A stretch of DNA of 62,661 nucleotides, from contig ADNK01002426.1 in NCBI GenBank assembly GCA_000320545.1, positions 1 through 62,661 of the forward strand, given 5' to 3'. Position 1 is the stretch's first letter. Every line of letters begins with the position of its first letter. Positions 26,357 to 41,794 of the stretch are shown one piece after another. The DNA is from Bigelowiella natans CCMP2755. Lineage: Eukaryota > Protista > Cercozoa. Position numbers and translations under genes: made by a program. The notes under the pieces were generated by a model. That model did no database searches, was not told where the DNA came from, and saw only the letters and a list, made by a program, of their open reading frames with translations.

Positions 26357-28626
26357 CCCTCGTAATTAAAATATTTAAATGAAGCAGTGCTATTTCTAAA
26401 TCCAAGTCTTATGTTTATACTTCGTCAAGGAGCTAAATCTCCTGAATGATTAAATTCTCATCAATCATTTTTGAAATAATCGTCATTATTATTTAAGCTG
26501 CTAAAGTGAAGAACTGACTCGTTTTTATCACCCTAGTACATCGAGCCTCTCATGCAAACAACATTAGTACAAATGTATTCGGCTCAAAGAAAGACTCAAA
26601 ACCTGCAACTAAAAGGAGCGTTCATTGCATATGCCAACGGGTTATTATTGATGCTATTATTATGAAATAAGTACTAGCAGCAGTAGTAGATCTTAACTTT
26701 CCTGGGAGTGCCATATAATAAACCCTCCTCCTCCTCCTCCTCCTCCTCCTCCTCCTCCTCCTTATGTTCTGTAGGTGTTTGAATTTCATTGAGAACATAT
26801 GTCAATGGGTTTCTTCACAACCATTGCTTTTGAAAAAGACAATCGATGTGTTAGTGAAGTTGCTTCCAATTGCACAGGTTGAACATTTTCATTTAAATCA
26901 TGGATGATTAATGCTACTTTCATTTACTCTCACTGTTTTTCTGTAACAAGTTTTCTGTAGCCTCTTCAAAAGCAATAATCAAGGTGTATAGCTTTAACCC
27001 GTAATAAAAATTGTGTTTTGTATTAAATTTTCCTGAATAAGTGAAATTAAAAGATGAAATAGAGTGTATTTGAGACTCATATATTGTATGTGTGTAAGCT
27101 TTCATATATTAGTCCTTTTATTTTACATATTAATGTAACATTAATATTTTTTATATATTATCGTACATTTGCGCAGATCCTCGCTTCATCGCAAGCTAGG
27201 GAGAAAGACTTACTCAGACGATACAACATCACCGCCCCATCATCATATGATAACGTGAGATACTACTATGCTTTTGTTAGCAGGATGGGTAGTTGTCGTT
27301 GGTAACGAATATAATAGAACATTGGGGGGGGGGTAGGTAGCAGGGTATTATGGAGACAGTGAGTGGGAGAAGGACACTAAAGAGCATATATCATTCAAGT
27401 TTATTCTTCATACTGTCATATACATAAATTTGTCATTGGTAGGTTCGGCGAGCATTAGGAGATGGATGGAATCATGTGGTTGTTGTTGTTAAGAACTAGT
27501 GCCTAATGGTTTTTGTCTGTTGTAGAATTAAGAGAGTAACTAAAAGAAGTATCATAACTCAATATCATAAGCTTTGTAGAAATAAGAGCGTTAGTAAAAG
27601 GAATATGATAAATATCATAATCATAAACTTTATTGACATGTACTACTACCACATGAAGAATCACAACACATTATGTTTTGCTTGAAAATATTAACCGCTA
27701 TTATCATTATCAGTATAGAAAAGTTGTTTTTGCATTGTAGTAATTAACTATTTTATCAAGGTTGGCAAGGACAACAAAGAAAACATAGATGGAAATATGG
27801 ACGATTATGATGAGCTTGAGATATTTGGGAGGAAGATAGCTGCTTTTGTAGTGATTCAAATTCCTTTCCAAGAAGACCAGCAGCGAGTTGGATTTCGAAT
27901 CCTTTCTCCAATATTGGTAGTAATCAATAATATGAAGCATCGTCGGATGATAACCAACGACAGAAAGATAGACTAGATGAGGTGTGCTTGCTTTCATATT
28001 CAAAACCGGTTCTGTCATTCGCAATAAGTATTGGAATACGTCATCATACAAATAGGATCTTTTTTCTTTCTACTGTTCTCACGATATTTTATTATCATAT
28101 TGTAGAATTCCCTTCATGCTTTGACCCAATCGAATAAGTGTAATGGGGACCAAGATAACAATGACATTTGTGCAAATGAAGAGAAAGAAGAGGCTAACAC
28201 AGAACAAAGGGTAAGGAAGATCCAACCAGCAATCAAAATTAGTAGTTTCTCCGTAAAAAATTGAAATGAGGATATTGTTAGGATTTTGATTTTTTCATTG
28301 TCGTTCTGAATATTAAAAATGCATATATTTTTAATATAGGAAAGGACTTTATTCAAGCTATTGAGAGTTATAAATTGGTACTATTTGTCATCTTATATCA
28401 AATCAAAATGTATAAATTTACGATGCCACATTAGGGAAAAATTACATTATGAAATGTGTATTATATGTATCTTGCTATATTAGTAACAATAGTTATAGAA
28501 AGCAATAGAAATAAGTACGGTCTCGAGGGAATACTCGCAAAAAGATACGTTTCGATAAAAAAAGAAGATGTGTTATCTACTCTGTCTTACATATCTATCA
28601 ACGTCTTCTCCATATCGATGATATCG

Positions 28627-28659
<33 letters not shown>

Positions 28660-29179
28660 GGCACTTGGACGGCATCTCTACATTTTACGGATCTTCGATC
28701 AATGCGCCACCACATAAGTTTACTCCAACATGGAGTAGTACTTGGGCTGATTGCATTCCTTCTTGTAAAACGAATTAATAATAGTAATCTAATGTAAACA
28801 AGAGAAAATAGAAGAATCCTTGGGGTTTCGCTTAAGAGGGAGGACCTACCTTTTTTGCCCAGCTACAGAAACTTAAAAAAAACTATCTAATAATGATGAG
28901 ATTGTCCATTTAAATCAAACAAAGTAGCAATTACTATCACCTAATTTTTAATTATAAAGAATACACTCATTCAAACATCGTTTTCGTATTTTTTTAAATT
29001 TCAAAGAACCATCTAACTATCATGTTTCCATAATGCATAGTTATAAATTTAAATAACCATATTATCAACAACCAATACGCGTAATTTTAATCGTGTTTTC
29101 CCTTATACTACTAGTGATTCCAATTGACTTTTACTGGTCGATTCTCTCCTCAACGCGGTAGTTCCACACAATATATATA

Positions 29180-29218
<39 letters not shown>

Positions 29219-30470
29219 ACATACAATATTCTCATAATCTGCTGTTTATAATAGTGTTAAGGAAGCAATTGACGATAGATTTGACAATAGAGCTGAAATT
29301 TGGTAGAAATAATAATCGGCACTATAAATATGAAATTATCAAAAATAGCATTTTCCACTCAAATTCGAATAAAAAATCGTTCAGTGCAGGAAACAAATTT
29401 ATCTCAAGTAAACATTTAGTAATCATGGGTGGGATTTATGATTGTGATATATAAGCAGAATCTGAAATTTGGTTCTTAAGCATTTTTTGTGTTGTGCATT
29501 TTTTATGTTATGAAATTTAAAGAGGCTATTAATTAAACATAGCAGTTTCACATGTTCTGTTTTTTACACATTGACCAGGTCAAGTACAACATCTCTCTTG
29601 ATTCAAGTACATAACTACTACTTGAATATCCTACAACTTCGATGCTCTCACAATTCAGCGGCAATTAATTGCCATAGCAGAGCGGAATATCTCAAGCAAC
29701 TTAATCATCAAGAATCAAACATGGTTTCTATTCTAAGTCAAGTGGTAAGTAATCGCTATTATCCACCTTAGAGTAAATGTTTGTGTTCTCAATTCTTTTC
29801 TTATAACCCAGATTTTATTGCTCTACTCGATATCATGATTGTAATATATAGGTTTGCATGTTTTAGGTGGATTTTATTGTTGAACGTTTTCTTCGACATT
29901 ATCATGCGTGTTACCTTAGAGTGTTTCGAGGTATAAAGTGCAATAATGATACCAAGATATATTAACATTAATTTTTAAGGGAATGGGTAGAATTTGTGGT
30001 GATTTTAGTACAATGCTCGTAGTTGAGGCACAGATGATCGTGGATTAGTTTTTATAGTAGTTAAGTTAATTACTTTTCTACATGTACTTAGATTTGATTT
30101 TCTTGCCAACAACGGTTAATGAAAACGAAAATGATGACAAGGGCGATAAACAAAATATACTAGAGAAGTATAAACAAATAAGCGACGTCATTTACAATAC
30201 AATAACCAGTCCAGAAATTATTGTAAGTCTTTGCACATAATCAATCACTGTCGACTATTCTCATAATTTCAAATATCGTATCAATTAAACAATTTACGTA
30301 AAGGTGTAATTCTTAAAAAAGTAGCTAATATACCCATTTGTTTATACTCATTACATATTTGCTTATAATTACACAATATGTTACTTGTAATTTGTAACTA
30401 TGATTGTATTATATCATTAGCTTCTCATCTATATTCTCGTATGAATATATATGTATTTGTGTATGAGTGT

Positions 30471-30514
<44 letters not shown>

Positions 30515-30711
30515 TTTAGTTTAACGGTATTAAACGTATTTTTTTTTAGGAATTTCATAGTGAGATGTTAAAGGTCTATATGGAAATATCGTTCCTTATT
30601 CTCCAATTTGCTACCTCGGATTATTTAAGGTTTAATTATAGCCCCGAAAAAATATATTCCGGATAGCAAGTAATTAAATGCTAATTAAATATAATTGAAT
30701 ATTAATTTCAA

Positions 30712-30778
<67 letters not shown>

Positions 30779-31115
30779 CGTGCGTGCGTGCATGTGTTTG
30801 CATGTGCAAATGTGTTTATTTGTGTAATTGGTTTAGAGCTAAAACTGAAAAGTTCATGTGTTAATAAAGAGAAATTGTAATATGATTCTGGATTTTTCCT
30901 TCTTAGCTACGTCAGCAGCGGATGGCTCCGTATCGCAAAATTTGCTCAAAAAGTAAAATTCTTCGAAATATGGAGAAATTCGCCTGTGTAATCGTTATAA
31001 TATGTTGCAGAGTACATCTACGTCGGTAAAAAGTAAAAGTCTGCGTTTATTATCGGAATATCGGCAAACTTACGTCGAGCCTTCAGAACTCGAGCAAACA
31101 GTGTTGCTACTTTAA
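16001..31115 (+). CDS. Importin-beta family karyopherin (transportin-3/Mtr10/importin-13-like) with N-terminal bipartite targeting presequence
   Basis: MALSLLSRSSLIAFILVASWS signal peptide, an S/R-rich segment, LLRGGGGG, an acidic tract, then FQTALE|IFYGH...KS|AKWLQKLEKLSVSWDLCTQFI...KMFCAQLLYKK (IBN_N-like). Later HEAT-like exons include VFEFIENICQWVSSQPLLLKKTIDVLV and IVERFLRHYHACYL. Internal exons were only partly traced. Confidence 0.72.
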
Positions 31116-31144
31116 GAATTTATTCTTGCGGTGTAAATCCCTTC

Positions 31145-31184
<40 letters not shown>

Positions 31185-31199
31185 TTTGGAGATGTATTT

Positions 31200-32540
31200 G
31201 TCATTTCATACCACACTAGCACACTCATTGCTCATTGCGCCTGCTGTGTGCATGAACAACTAAGGAAGCGACGCAAGATCATGAAATGATGAGAATCATC
31301 AAGCCCATCATCTGTTTGCATTTTTCGCATGTTTCTCGCGTGCAGCGAGCCTTCCAACAGCGCCGCGCTCGCACTCTGAAACCAACAGTGTGTTTTTGAG
31401 AGAAAATTGAGCCGAAAATTAAAAAATGAACACACATGGCAGATTTGAGAGATCTAGAGATGCAATGGGCATGCGTGGGCACATGTGCATGTCACATCTG
31501 TGATCTCCTTCGATCAATTGCGTCAAGCAGGCTCGCATTGCAAAGTGAGCTAGCTCGTCAGTCAATTTTTGGATTTTGTCGTGCAAACATGCTAGTTTGT
31601 CACCTTGGCGCAAATGCAATCAAAAGTTTCAGAGTTGTAGCTGCGGTCATGCCACAAAAAATGCATGACGTGCGCATGCACAAGCATGCATTGCCACAAA
31701 TGAATGTCAATTGGTGCAGTGCACACACATGCACACCAGCTAGGCTAGCAGGATCATGCGCAAATGAACACGTGTGCGTGTGTGAATGTTGTGTCACGTT
31801 CGGTTTGTCCAGTTGTGCACATCATGCATGCATGCTAGCATGGCATGCGGTCGCTGTCAATTTGTCTCACATGACATGTGCACGCATTGCAGGGACCATG
31901 CTAGCATGCACGTGGTCCCCATGTGCGTGCACACGCGCAAAACACATGTGCACATCAGTTCTTCATGTGTGCAAAAAAGGCACACATCTAGACATGCACT
32001 TTTCACATCCACACAAGTGCCATGTCAAATGTGACACAATTGACATGTCACGACACACGTTCCAACAAATGCTGTGTGTCGCTGTGCGCACATGGTGTCT
32101 GCAATACGCACGCAACAGCACACGCAGTTGTGCGTGTGTGATGAATTTAGTGTAGACCGCGATCGCGGCTCTGGGAACGGCGTCCGAGCTCCACAGCAGC
32201 CACCATGGCATGCTAGCATGATTCTGATTTCGACTAGTCGATGCGGTAGCTAGGTGGGCTGGTTGGCAGTGTGTGCAGTCAAAAATCTCACCATGAAGAG
32301 AGCTAGCTGCGTAGGGCAACAAAACACATGCTGATCACTAGATCGCGTGTCAAGCGATGTCAGGCAGCTCCACCTTTCTTTCTGCAACTGTTAAGCAAAG
32401 TCAACACACATCATGTTTCCTGCTTAATGCACAGCACATTGTCTCTTTATCTTTGATCGAACCGCAACTCCTATCGAAAGAACGGAAGCAGTGGGCAGCA
32501 ACAATGCCATTTGATGCACCGATGGATGATGCAAATTTCC
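31200..32540. other. Intergenic TpA-depleted / CTAG-retaining tract between convergent genes
   Basis: 31430-32100 has 9 TpA by manual count, 8 in CTAG and 1 in GTAG. Long mixed CA/TG strings. Confidence 0.9.
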
Positions 32541-32931
32541 CAATCGTTTAGTGAAGCAGTAGTCTTTTCAAAGGTTGATGTTTGAAATTAGCACACACGG
32601 TTGGCTAAGGGATAGCAATCTGAAACGCGAACAGAGTAAATATGACTATCAGCAAATAATCAAATGTTTTTTCTGCCACGATTCTTTTAAGAGCGTGTTT
32701 TCTATCAAAGAAAGTCGAAAAAAGCTTTTTCTTCTACATCAATAATGATGAATTAAATGAAAATCACTTAAATATTTACTAATGAGGAAGCATGTGAGAC
32801 CAGGGTTACACTTTCCATGCTGCAAAATACATGCCCAAGTATCATCAACATGGTAACAACTAAGCATTGTCCTCAATTCAGCAGGTAAGTGAAGGTTCAA
32901 ACTGTGTCGTTATTCTAAATAAACTATTAGT

Positions 32932-33161
32932 CTATTGTTCTTTACCGGGATTTGCGTTATTGCAAGGTGGAACAACCTAAAATGGTAGTTATTTGTTGAA
33001 GAGCTGTAGTTTCTCATCGTCATCATAATTTATTCGTACAACAATATTTTTCTTACATGTTGCTTATATGTGGTTCGTGTTTTTATTAGTACTACCAAAT
33101 TTGTACTCTTACTACTATCACCTAGTATCAATATCAATCCAACTCGACTACTACTACTACA

Positions 33162-33193
<32 letters not shown>

Positions 33194-34485
33194 CTGGTGA
33201 CGAAATACGACGAGTCTAATACATTTGGCAGAATTGTAGTATTCTGAGACTCCACCTCCCCCCGCACCTCCACCTCCTTGCTCAATTCCAACTATTCCTT
33301 ACAAAATTATAAAATATTCCAAGCAGCATGAATTATAATTAGCGATTGGCTCTTAAGAACAAATACTCCTTATACATTCACACTATTCATTGGGTATAGC
33401 ACCCACCCCCTTTAGGTTCTCGCTTTTCTTCTGGAAGATGCTTCTTCGTGCAGAACTGCTTCCTGTATTCCAATACCTAGGAAGATAAGTCAATGATTGA
33501 GGATGATGGCCATAGCATGGAGTTTGGTATCTTTAGAATAAGCTACATTCACACTTTTGAATCCCCGATTTCTTCTTCTTATTAATAACAATAACAATGA
33601 TGTGCAATGAGATGATGACTCTGAAATGTATGCTTTGGATAATTCATCTGACAACGTCATGAGTATAAAATACTGCTCCTAAACAACAACAAGATATACT
33701 TACAGCTCTATTGATTGTGTAAGTCATCCAGCACACCTATGTGACGATAATGATGATGATGATGAAGATAATGAAGATGCTGGTGATGCTATAATTGCGA
33801 AGAAGCAGCATGCAATGAACTTCTCCTACTACAAATCATCAAAAGAACTGCATAAACAAATTGCAGATGATAACAAACGATTTAATGCTTAATATTTGTG
33901 GCGGCAAGAAAAAGGCAACGATGCCATTCCTGATAGATCTCACCCACCATACCATGAATGCAGAGCGTTTATCCCGGTTATTTGTTTGTACGTTAAACAG
34001 ATCATCCTATTCCCATGCAGCAGCATCAGTAAGTGATAGGTAGTAGCATTATGAGCAGCATGCAGCAGCTGAACAAAATGATGAATCATCTAGATTATCA
34101 AAAATATACAATTAGATGCTCTTTTTCTATCTATTAAAAGGAGAAGGAGGAGGAGGAGGAGCGAGAATGGAGAGTAGGATTTACACTGCCACTTGTGTGA
34201 TAACAGGTATCATCATCATTATAATCAGTATCATTGTTATCGTCATCATGACCGGCGGTGAGACAACGAGAGGTTGCTCGCAGTCGAGAATTTGGCCAGG
34301 GATATGGCCTTATCAAGTAAAATAATATCAGCAGCAGAAAAAGAGGAAAAGAGAGAAGAAGAGAGGAGGTACGAAGACTACGACGAATCTCATCACCATC
34401 CAATTTCAAAGCAGGTACAACATTCATCTTGAGTTAGTAGTAGTAGTAGTAGTGACCCATGTATGATGAGTATAACATTGATCTC

Positions 34486-34520
<35 letters not shown>

Positions 34521-35201
34521 CGTGACCCATGTATAATCAGTTTGATAAAGAAGAAAAAATACTACTACAACTACTACCACTTATCTTTCTCTGCAACCAT
34601 CACTCACCCGTACTAAAAACTACAACTTCTTTTACCAGTACTACGAATAGTCATCATTTGCACGTTTATCCTTTCATCATTTGTAGGAATAATTGTTGTA
34701 TATCGATATTATTTTACCATTTGATGTAGTCGTGGTAGAACACGTAGTATTTAGTAACATACAATTTTGCCAACAAATAAATAAATAGAAACTACCTTTG
34801 TGGAAATTCCAGGTTTCTCCTGTTTTAGGGTACACAGCCTTTTGAAGTAGTAAGGTGCCATCATATATGAGAAGTATAGGATCAGATATATGAGATCAAC
34901 AACAAGGCAAGGTAATTGTAGCTTTTTGAGAGAGTTTTTGAGAGAGTGGTGGGTAGGCAAACATCATCATATGATGATTCATGGTATTCAGAAATAAATT
35001 AGTGACAACTACTACTTGAATAACAATAATATTACTGCACAAAGTGTGTAAAAATGAATGACATGATCCACAAATTCTCCACATTTTTTGTACACTTTTT
35101 CCTTCCTAAGTAGTAGTTATTACCTTGTAATGTTGTGCAGCATGTATTAATGCGGGGATCAGCGGAGAGCTAAACACAACATCAAAGAAGTATCATCGGC
35201 G

Positions 35202-35244
<43 letters not shown>

Positions 35245-35467
35245 CAACTGCTGTCAATTGATTGTTGTTAATTCCAAAATACCTACTACGAAAAAAGAAA
35301 ATTGTGCTATAAATCTTTCCTCCTCTACAGTAAAGAATGAGATGACAAAATAATAACAAATAGGAACATAACGACGGATAATGACTATGTCAAAACCGTA
35401 TTTTTTTCAAAATAAAATAAACATATTATTGACAATCACAAATTCTCCGTTGAATTCTTTCATTCTA

Positions 35468-35503
<36 letters not shown>

Positions 35504-35679
35504 AAATTTGCTGCTGTACTTTTGTGCTGAATTGAAAGGGGGAAACGATGAGGCAGGGTAGTTGATTGTTGGGTCTTGACAGGACATTGAATCAATCTTC
35601 TCTACCTATGATGATGGTGAAGATGATGACAATTATGCATCCACCATCGACAGTATTAGAATCTAGAGTCGCCATTATT

Positions 35680-35710
<31 letters not shown>

Positions 35711-35874
35711 TTAATAATAGAAATGATAATGAAACAGTGAATACATGCGGAGGAAAAAGTAGTTCCTCCCTCCCTCTGATGATGATGAGAGCATGATAAG
35801 AGGAGGGTAGTAGTAGTAGGTCAACTATTTGAATTAACAACAGATTACGCACTTACCCTAAATAACACACGCGG

Positions 35875-35915
<41 letters not shown>

Positions 35916-36599
35916 ACAATCACAAAGCACACAATACTGAAACAATTAATATGCTGCTAATACGTAGAGTAATTAGATGCAATCATTCAATTTTGGAGAC
36001 ACGATGTTGGTGCTAATTTTTATTCTTAAGTCATATAATGATGATACATTATTACATATATTATATACCCATGGCCACGCTTCTAATTCCGCAGCTCCTA
36101 CATCAGAGACCTAAATAATCAATAGGAGTATTAATTTTTCCGTACTAACAAAACATCGTTGAAGCAATCTATCTACTTCGATATGCAGCAGCACAAGCAC
36201 CATCCTCATCAGTAAAAATTGATACTACTAATAATACCATAAAATGTTCCAAACGGGTATGTTTCAGATTATAGTGAGCTGCTGCCATGATATACGCATA
36301 CCTAATGATGATATTGACGGTAATGATAATTAGAATGATAAGAGGCATCATGATGATGATGATGATGATGATAAGAATGATAAGATGCATCATTGTTTCT
36401 CTATCGACGTACATATCTGCCTGCATATCTCCTCTATCAGCTTCATACACAGGTTTCATCATTTTGAGCCATAACGGAGCAACCTTGTAGTATACAACAA
36501 CAGCAGCACCAGCAGCACCAACAAGAAGAAGAATAATCTATCATAATTAGCATTAAGAAAGAGCCAGAAGACGAATCGAAAGTACTGATAGTAAAAGAG

Positions 36600-36652
<53 letters not shown>

Positions 36653-36747
36653 ACTGAGAAGAGAATGAAAGACGGCAGCAAAGTCAAAGGAAGTACGTGT
36701 ACTACTACTTTGTAGCGCCAAACAACGCTACACATCCTTCCCAAAGT

Positions 36748-36790
<43 letters not shown>

Positions 36791-36837
36791 TTTGGGAAGG
36801 ATGTGTAGTGTCCACCATCACATCTTTCCCCGAGTAC

Positions 36838-36892
<55 letters not shown>

Positions 36893-36976
36893 ATAAGCTC
36901 TCGCTCTCTCTCTCTCTTTCTATTATTATTCTTATAACTCAGAATAATCAAAATGATGAAAATATATACATATATA

Positions 36977-37012
<36 letters not shown>

Positions 37013-37774
37013 TATATATTGATATATATATATATATAATACAGCTGTATAATAAGTAGTAGGTGTTGGAGAACACACACACACACACACACAACTGCAC
37101 AACATACACATACATACAGGACGCTATTTCGTAGCGAGGAGTAGGAGGAGGACATTTCAACAAACAATATCAGTTTTTGCTGATTTGTGGTGTGTATGTA
37201 TGTATGCAGCGAAAATAATTAGGAATGAGTTTATTATGTGGTTGCGGTTGTGGTTGTTGTTGTTGTTGTTGTTGTTGTACCTTCTTGAAATCTGTCGCAT
37301 GTAAGATATAAGGAGGTCCCACGGAATAGCTACAAAGAAGCGAGAAAGAGAAGAAAAAGAAGGAGAAGATCATGAGAATCTGGTAGTAGTAGTAGCAGTA
37401 GTAGTAGTAGTAGTAGTAGTAGTCGTAGTAGTAGCATTCGTAGCAGCATTCGTAGCAGTAAAAGCAAAAGTATTATGGTTTTTAGTAGTGATATGTGAAA
37501 TTATTAGTATTATTATCTACTGTGTCCAAGCTTCTTCCGATGAGACTTTCGTGCATGGGGAATCAATACCACAAATCTATAATAATAATTATTATTATTA
37601 CCACTACTATCATTGGTTACGTTTTGAATACTACTACATACAAGATGACAAATTTGTGTAGTCGCCTTTATCGTGTGACATGATCTCCTCTTCATCATCA
37701 AAATCACCATTATCATCACCATCATCATTATCATAGTCATCGTTATCAAACGTCATGTTTCCATGAATTTGCTG

Positions 37775-37815
<41 letters not shown>

Positions 37816-38442
37816 CCTTTTCTCTGTCAAATAACGTTAGCCATCGATCTCCCAATCCATACATTTGTGCTACCTGAGTAGTATGATGACGACGACGATA
37901 ACACAGAGCATCAATAATAATAACTGAGTCCTCGAATATAAATATTAATAATTATTATGCTTCTTGCTGTATTAGTGCTGCTTCTTCTGGAATGAATCGT
38001 TAGGCAGCAGCATCATCCTCATCAACATTATGATGATTATTTCTTTTTAGGTATACAACAACTCCTTGATCGGCTCATCTTCTTTCGATTCTCCACGATG
38101 ATTGATTGATTACCGGGTGTCCAGGTGTAGCAATATCTGAAGAAACACCATCATTCGCTTCTTTTATCATATCCAACGTCCTGCCATGTGCTAAAACCTA
38201 CAAGTTGATTGACTGATTGATTAACTCATTCATTCATTCACAACGAAGTAGGAGAAGGAGGAGGAGGAGGAGGAGGAGGAGGAAGAGGAGGATAAATATG
38301 TTTATACATCATCATCATCATCATCAACATCATCATCATCATCCCCATTCTTTTAATATTTGGATTATCGTATATCATTCATCTTGATACATGTTAATGC
38401 TACTGTATAATATTCTATGTCATCACCTTTCACTACTCTCAC

Positions 38443-38473
<31 letters not shown>

Positions 38474-38790
38474 TGAGAACAAAGCCATCCTCCTCCTCCT
38501 CCTCCTCCCTTACCATGATAATATTATCTTATCAAATCTACGACATAATTGGAATAGTACTACTACAACTCGTGACTACTATTAAGTTATATCACATGGG
38601 TGAGTGGTGTGCCCTTTGACTGTGTCAGTGCATGGACGAAGAACTCATCAGGATCCAGAATCATCACAACCTCGCTATTATATAGATAGATAGATAGATA
38701 GATAGGTAGAAGAAGACATTGTAGCCAGTAAGTAGTAAGCAGAGGGAGGAGGAGGATTGTTAAAGGCGCATGATGATAATGATGATGATA

Positions 38791-38821
<31 letters not shown>

Positions 38822-40795
38822 CGATCTATGGCATGCAAGGCTACTATTTGATCCTCATTTTCCTCTTCCTCCTACTGCTATTATTATTTATTACCATTAT
38901 TGTGTGATACACTAAGTAAAAGCATATCATTGACATATTAGTAGTAGCAGTGGTAGTAGTAGTAGTAGTCTTTTGATGACTTTCTTCTGAACTATACTAT
39001 GCAATAAATTATGACTATTTACATACTCGTCTCTTAAGTCTCCATTTTCTGCGAAATGAGCAATTGAGTATGGTTTATTCCACCTAAGAGTGTATGGATG
39101 GTATGGTAGGTTGTTTTGCTGCTGTAAGTAAGTAAGTAAGTAGTGTTCCTACTATTCGTTGTTGTTCTGTGGATCCTACTTAGTCTATCTATGGATAACT
39201 ACTTAGTAGTTGTCTTTTTTTTTCCCTTTTGAAACAGCTTGTTGGTTAAGCGGAAAAGGCCAGTAGTAGACAAAAAGACAAGCAGGCAAAATGGGAGGAG
39301 TAATTTGTTCTTCTTCTTCATCATCTTTGTTCTTCTTTGTGTATATGTTGTTGTTGTTGTTGTTGTTGTTGTTGTACATATGTTACCAAGGAAACTCTTT
39401 AGACTCGGGCAGCATGGGGGTTATATGCACCTTAGATATTATTAATCAATAGAGGAAAAGCATGAGAGTTATATGTAGCTTAGATATTATTAATCAATAG
39501 AGGAAAGGGCGGAGGAGGAGGAGGAAATCAACAGAACCAAGAGAAGATAATACAGCTAATAATCTCTCTGTTTTGCTTCTTCTTTTTCTTCTTCTTGTAA
39601 TATAACTTCTCTCTTTACCAGATACATAAACAAGTTTTACTTACTAATCCCTCTCCCAACCTCCCCCCCCTCTCTCACTTTCTCTCTGATTGCCTTTTAC
39701 AACACGCCAATTCCAACAATTCCATCTTCCTTCTCCCCCTCTCCATCATCATCATCATCATCGTCGTCGTCATCATCACATATAACTTTGGATTGTTAGA
39801 TTTGATGAGATATGACATTACATTTAAATTTTGATTGGTAGATTTGATGAGATCTTGGGTAGGAACTAATTGATCGGTTTTGCCTCCCTGGTGCGTAATC
39901 CAGCTGTATGTATGTAGTATGAGTATGAGTATGAGTATGAGTGTGAGTGTGTATGTAATTGTTTACGACAACAGGCTCGAGCAACAAGAGCAGTAATGAA
40001 TGAATGATGATGCAGAATCTGTATTAATTAGCTATCATCTTATGATCGTTTGGGTGTGTTTGTGATGTTTCCTTTACAATATTGGTGGCATTACTATCTT
40101 TTACTATAGTACTACTACTACTAGTCTACTAGTAACTAGTAGTAATAGTAATAGCAGTAGTACTAATCAGCTTCAATGGTAGGTAGTAGCAAGTAGCAGG
40201 TATAACAGCAAACAGCAGCAAGGTATATGATGGAACGTATTATGGTGACGAAAGGTATGATGATGAATGACTAGATAGAAGAAGAAGAAGAAGAAGAAGA
40301 AGAAGAAGAAAAGATGTATAGTTAGTATTAGTGTATAGACGACGGCTCGTTACTACTCCTCCAATTCCTCCCCCTTTTCTTCTTCTTCTTCTTCTTCTTC
40401 TGTAGTAGTACATATTACATACCGTTGTCCTGTCGATCCTGAGTACGATGATCATCACGAAGAAGGTAGTATAGTAGTAGTAGTAGTAGTAGTAGTAGTA
40501 GAGATACCAATCACAAGCAAGAACCACGACGAGGAGGAGGAGGACCAAAAGAAGGGAAAAAAAAGAATTATCATGAGAATACGATGAAGAAGAAAGGGAT
40601 AGTATGCAAGTCTTCTTTATTACAATTTGTGATTGAGAGGAGGAGGAGGAGTAAGAGGGGGAAGAGAGCACACACCACCTTGTGGTTTTTGCTGCTGCTG
40701 CTGCTGCTGCTGCTACTACTACTACTACTAAATCTCCTCCTCCTCCTCCTCCTCCTCCTCCTCCTCTTTTTGTACATCTTAGTTATATTGTAAAT

Positions 40796-40830
<35 letters not shown>

Positions 40831-41509
40831 TCCAGTTGTACAACAACGCCTCACCACCACCAGCAGCAGCAAGAAATAGTAATAGTAGCAAACACAGTAT
40901 GCCCCTCCTCCTCCTCCTCCTCCTTCGCCTTCTTTTGTTGTCGTCTTTTACTAGTATTAGTATCTCTTCCCTCTTGCATCATACCCGCTACTATTAATGT
41001 TATTATTATTATTATTATCATTATGATCATTATGATATATTAGACGACAACTGTAGTTGTCAAACAATCACCTCCTTCATCTTCACGCTCCTCACAGCCT
41101 GATACAATACGTGTTATTCTTCCGCATTGACCGACCTATGGATGAGGAGGAGGAAGGGGGGGGGGGAAGGGGGGTAGTGGTGGTGGTAGTGGTGGTAGTA
41201 GTTGTTATTATACAAACAGAAGAACTAATTATTACGATAGAAGAAGATGGATTAGTAATAAAAAGGGTCAAAACACAGAATATATGATGATTTTGATGGA
41301 AAATTAATGGTATACATATAGTTTTAAGTTGGTAATTAGATGATTGATCATCCATCTTTATCTCCATCACAATAGTACTACCAGTAGAAGAAGTTGTGGT
41401 TGTTGATGTTATCATATTGTAAAATCTATCGATGATTTTGAAAAGCATAGAATAAAATACCCTCTTCGCAGAATTTAGAAGCACCTCGGCCTAATGGACG
41501 ATGATATAT

Positions 41510-41553
<44 letters not shown>

Positions 41554-41554
41554 C

Positions 41555-41595
<41 letters not shown>

Positions 41596-41758
41596 TGTGT
41601 AATATTATAATATATACCTGCCATTGCTGAAAGAGGTTGCAACCAGTTGAGAAGATGATATGTATCTTCTTATCAGATTCCGAACATTCTAAGGAATAAT
41701 ACACGCATTAATCAATGTTCCTTCTTCTTCTTCTTCGACTACTACCAATCGCGAGAAT

Positions 41759-41794
<36 letters not shown>

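Noticed and set aside
31436-32155. 239-aa Cys/His/Met-rich ORF resembling a metal-binding protein
   Set aside because: Its composition follows from CA/TG mosaics, and several frames on both strands are open.
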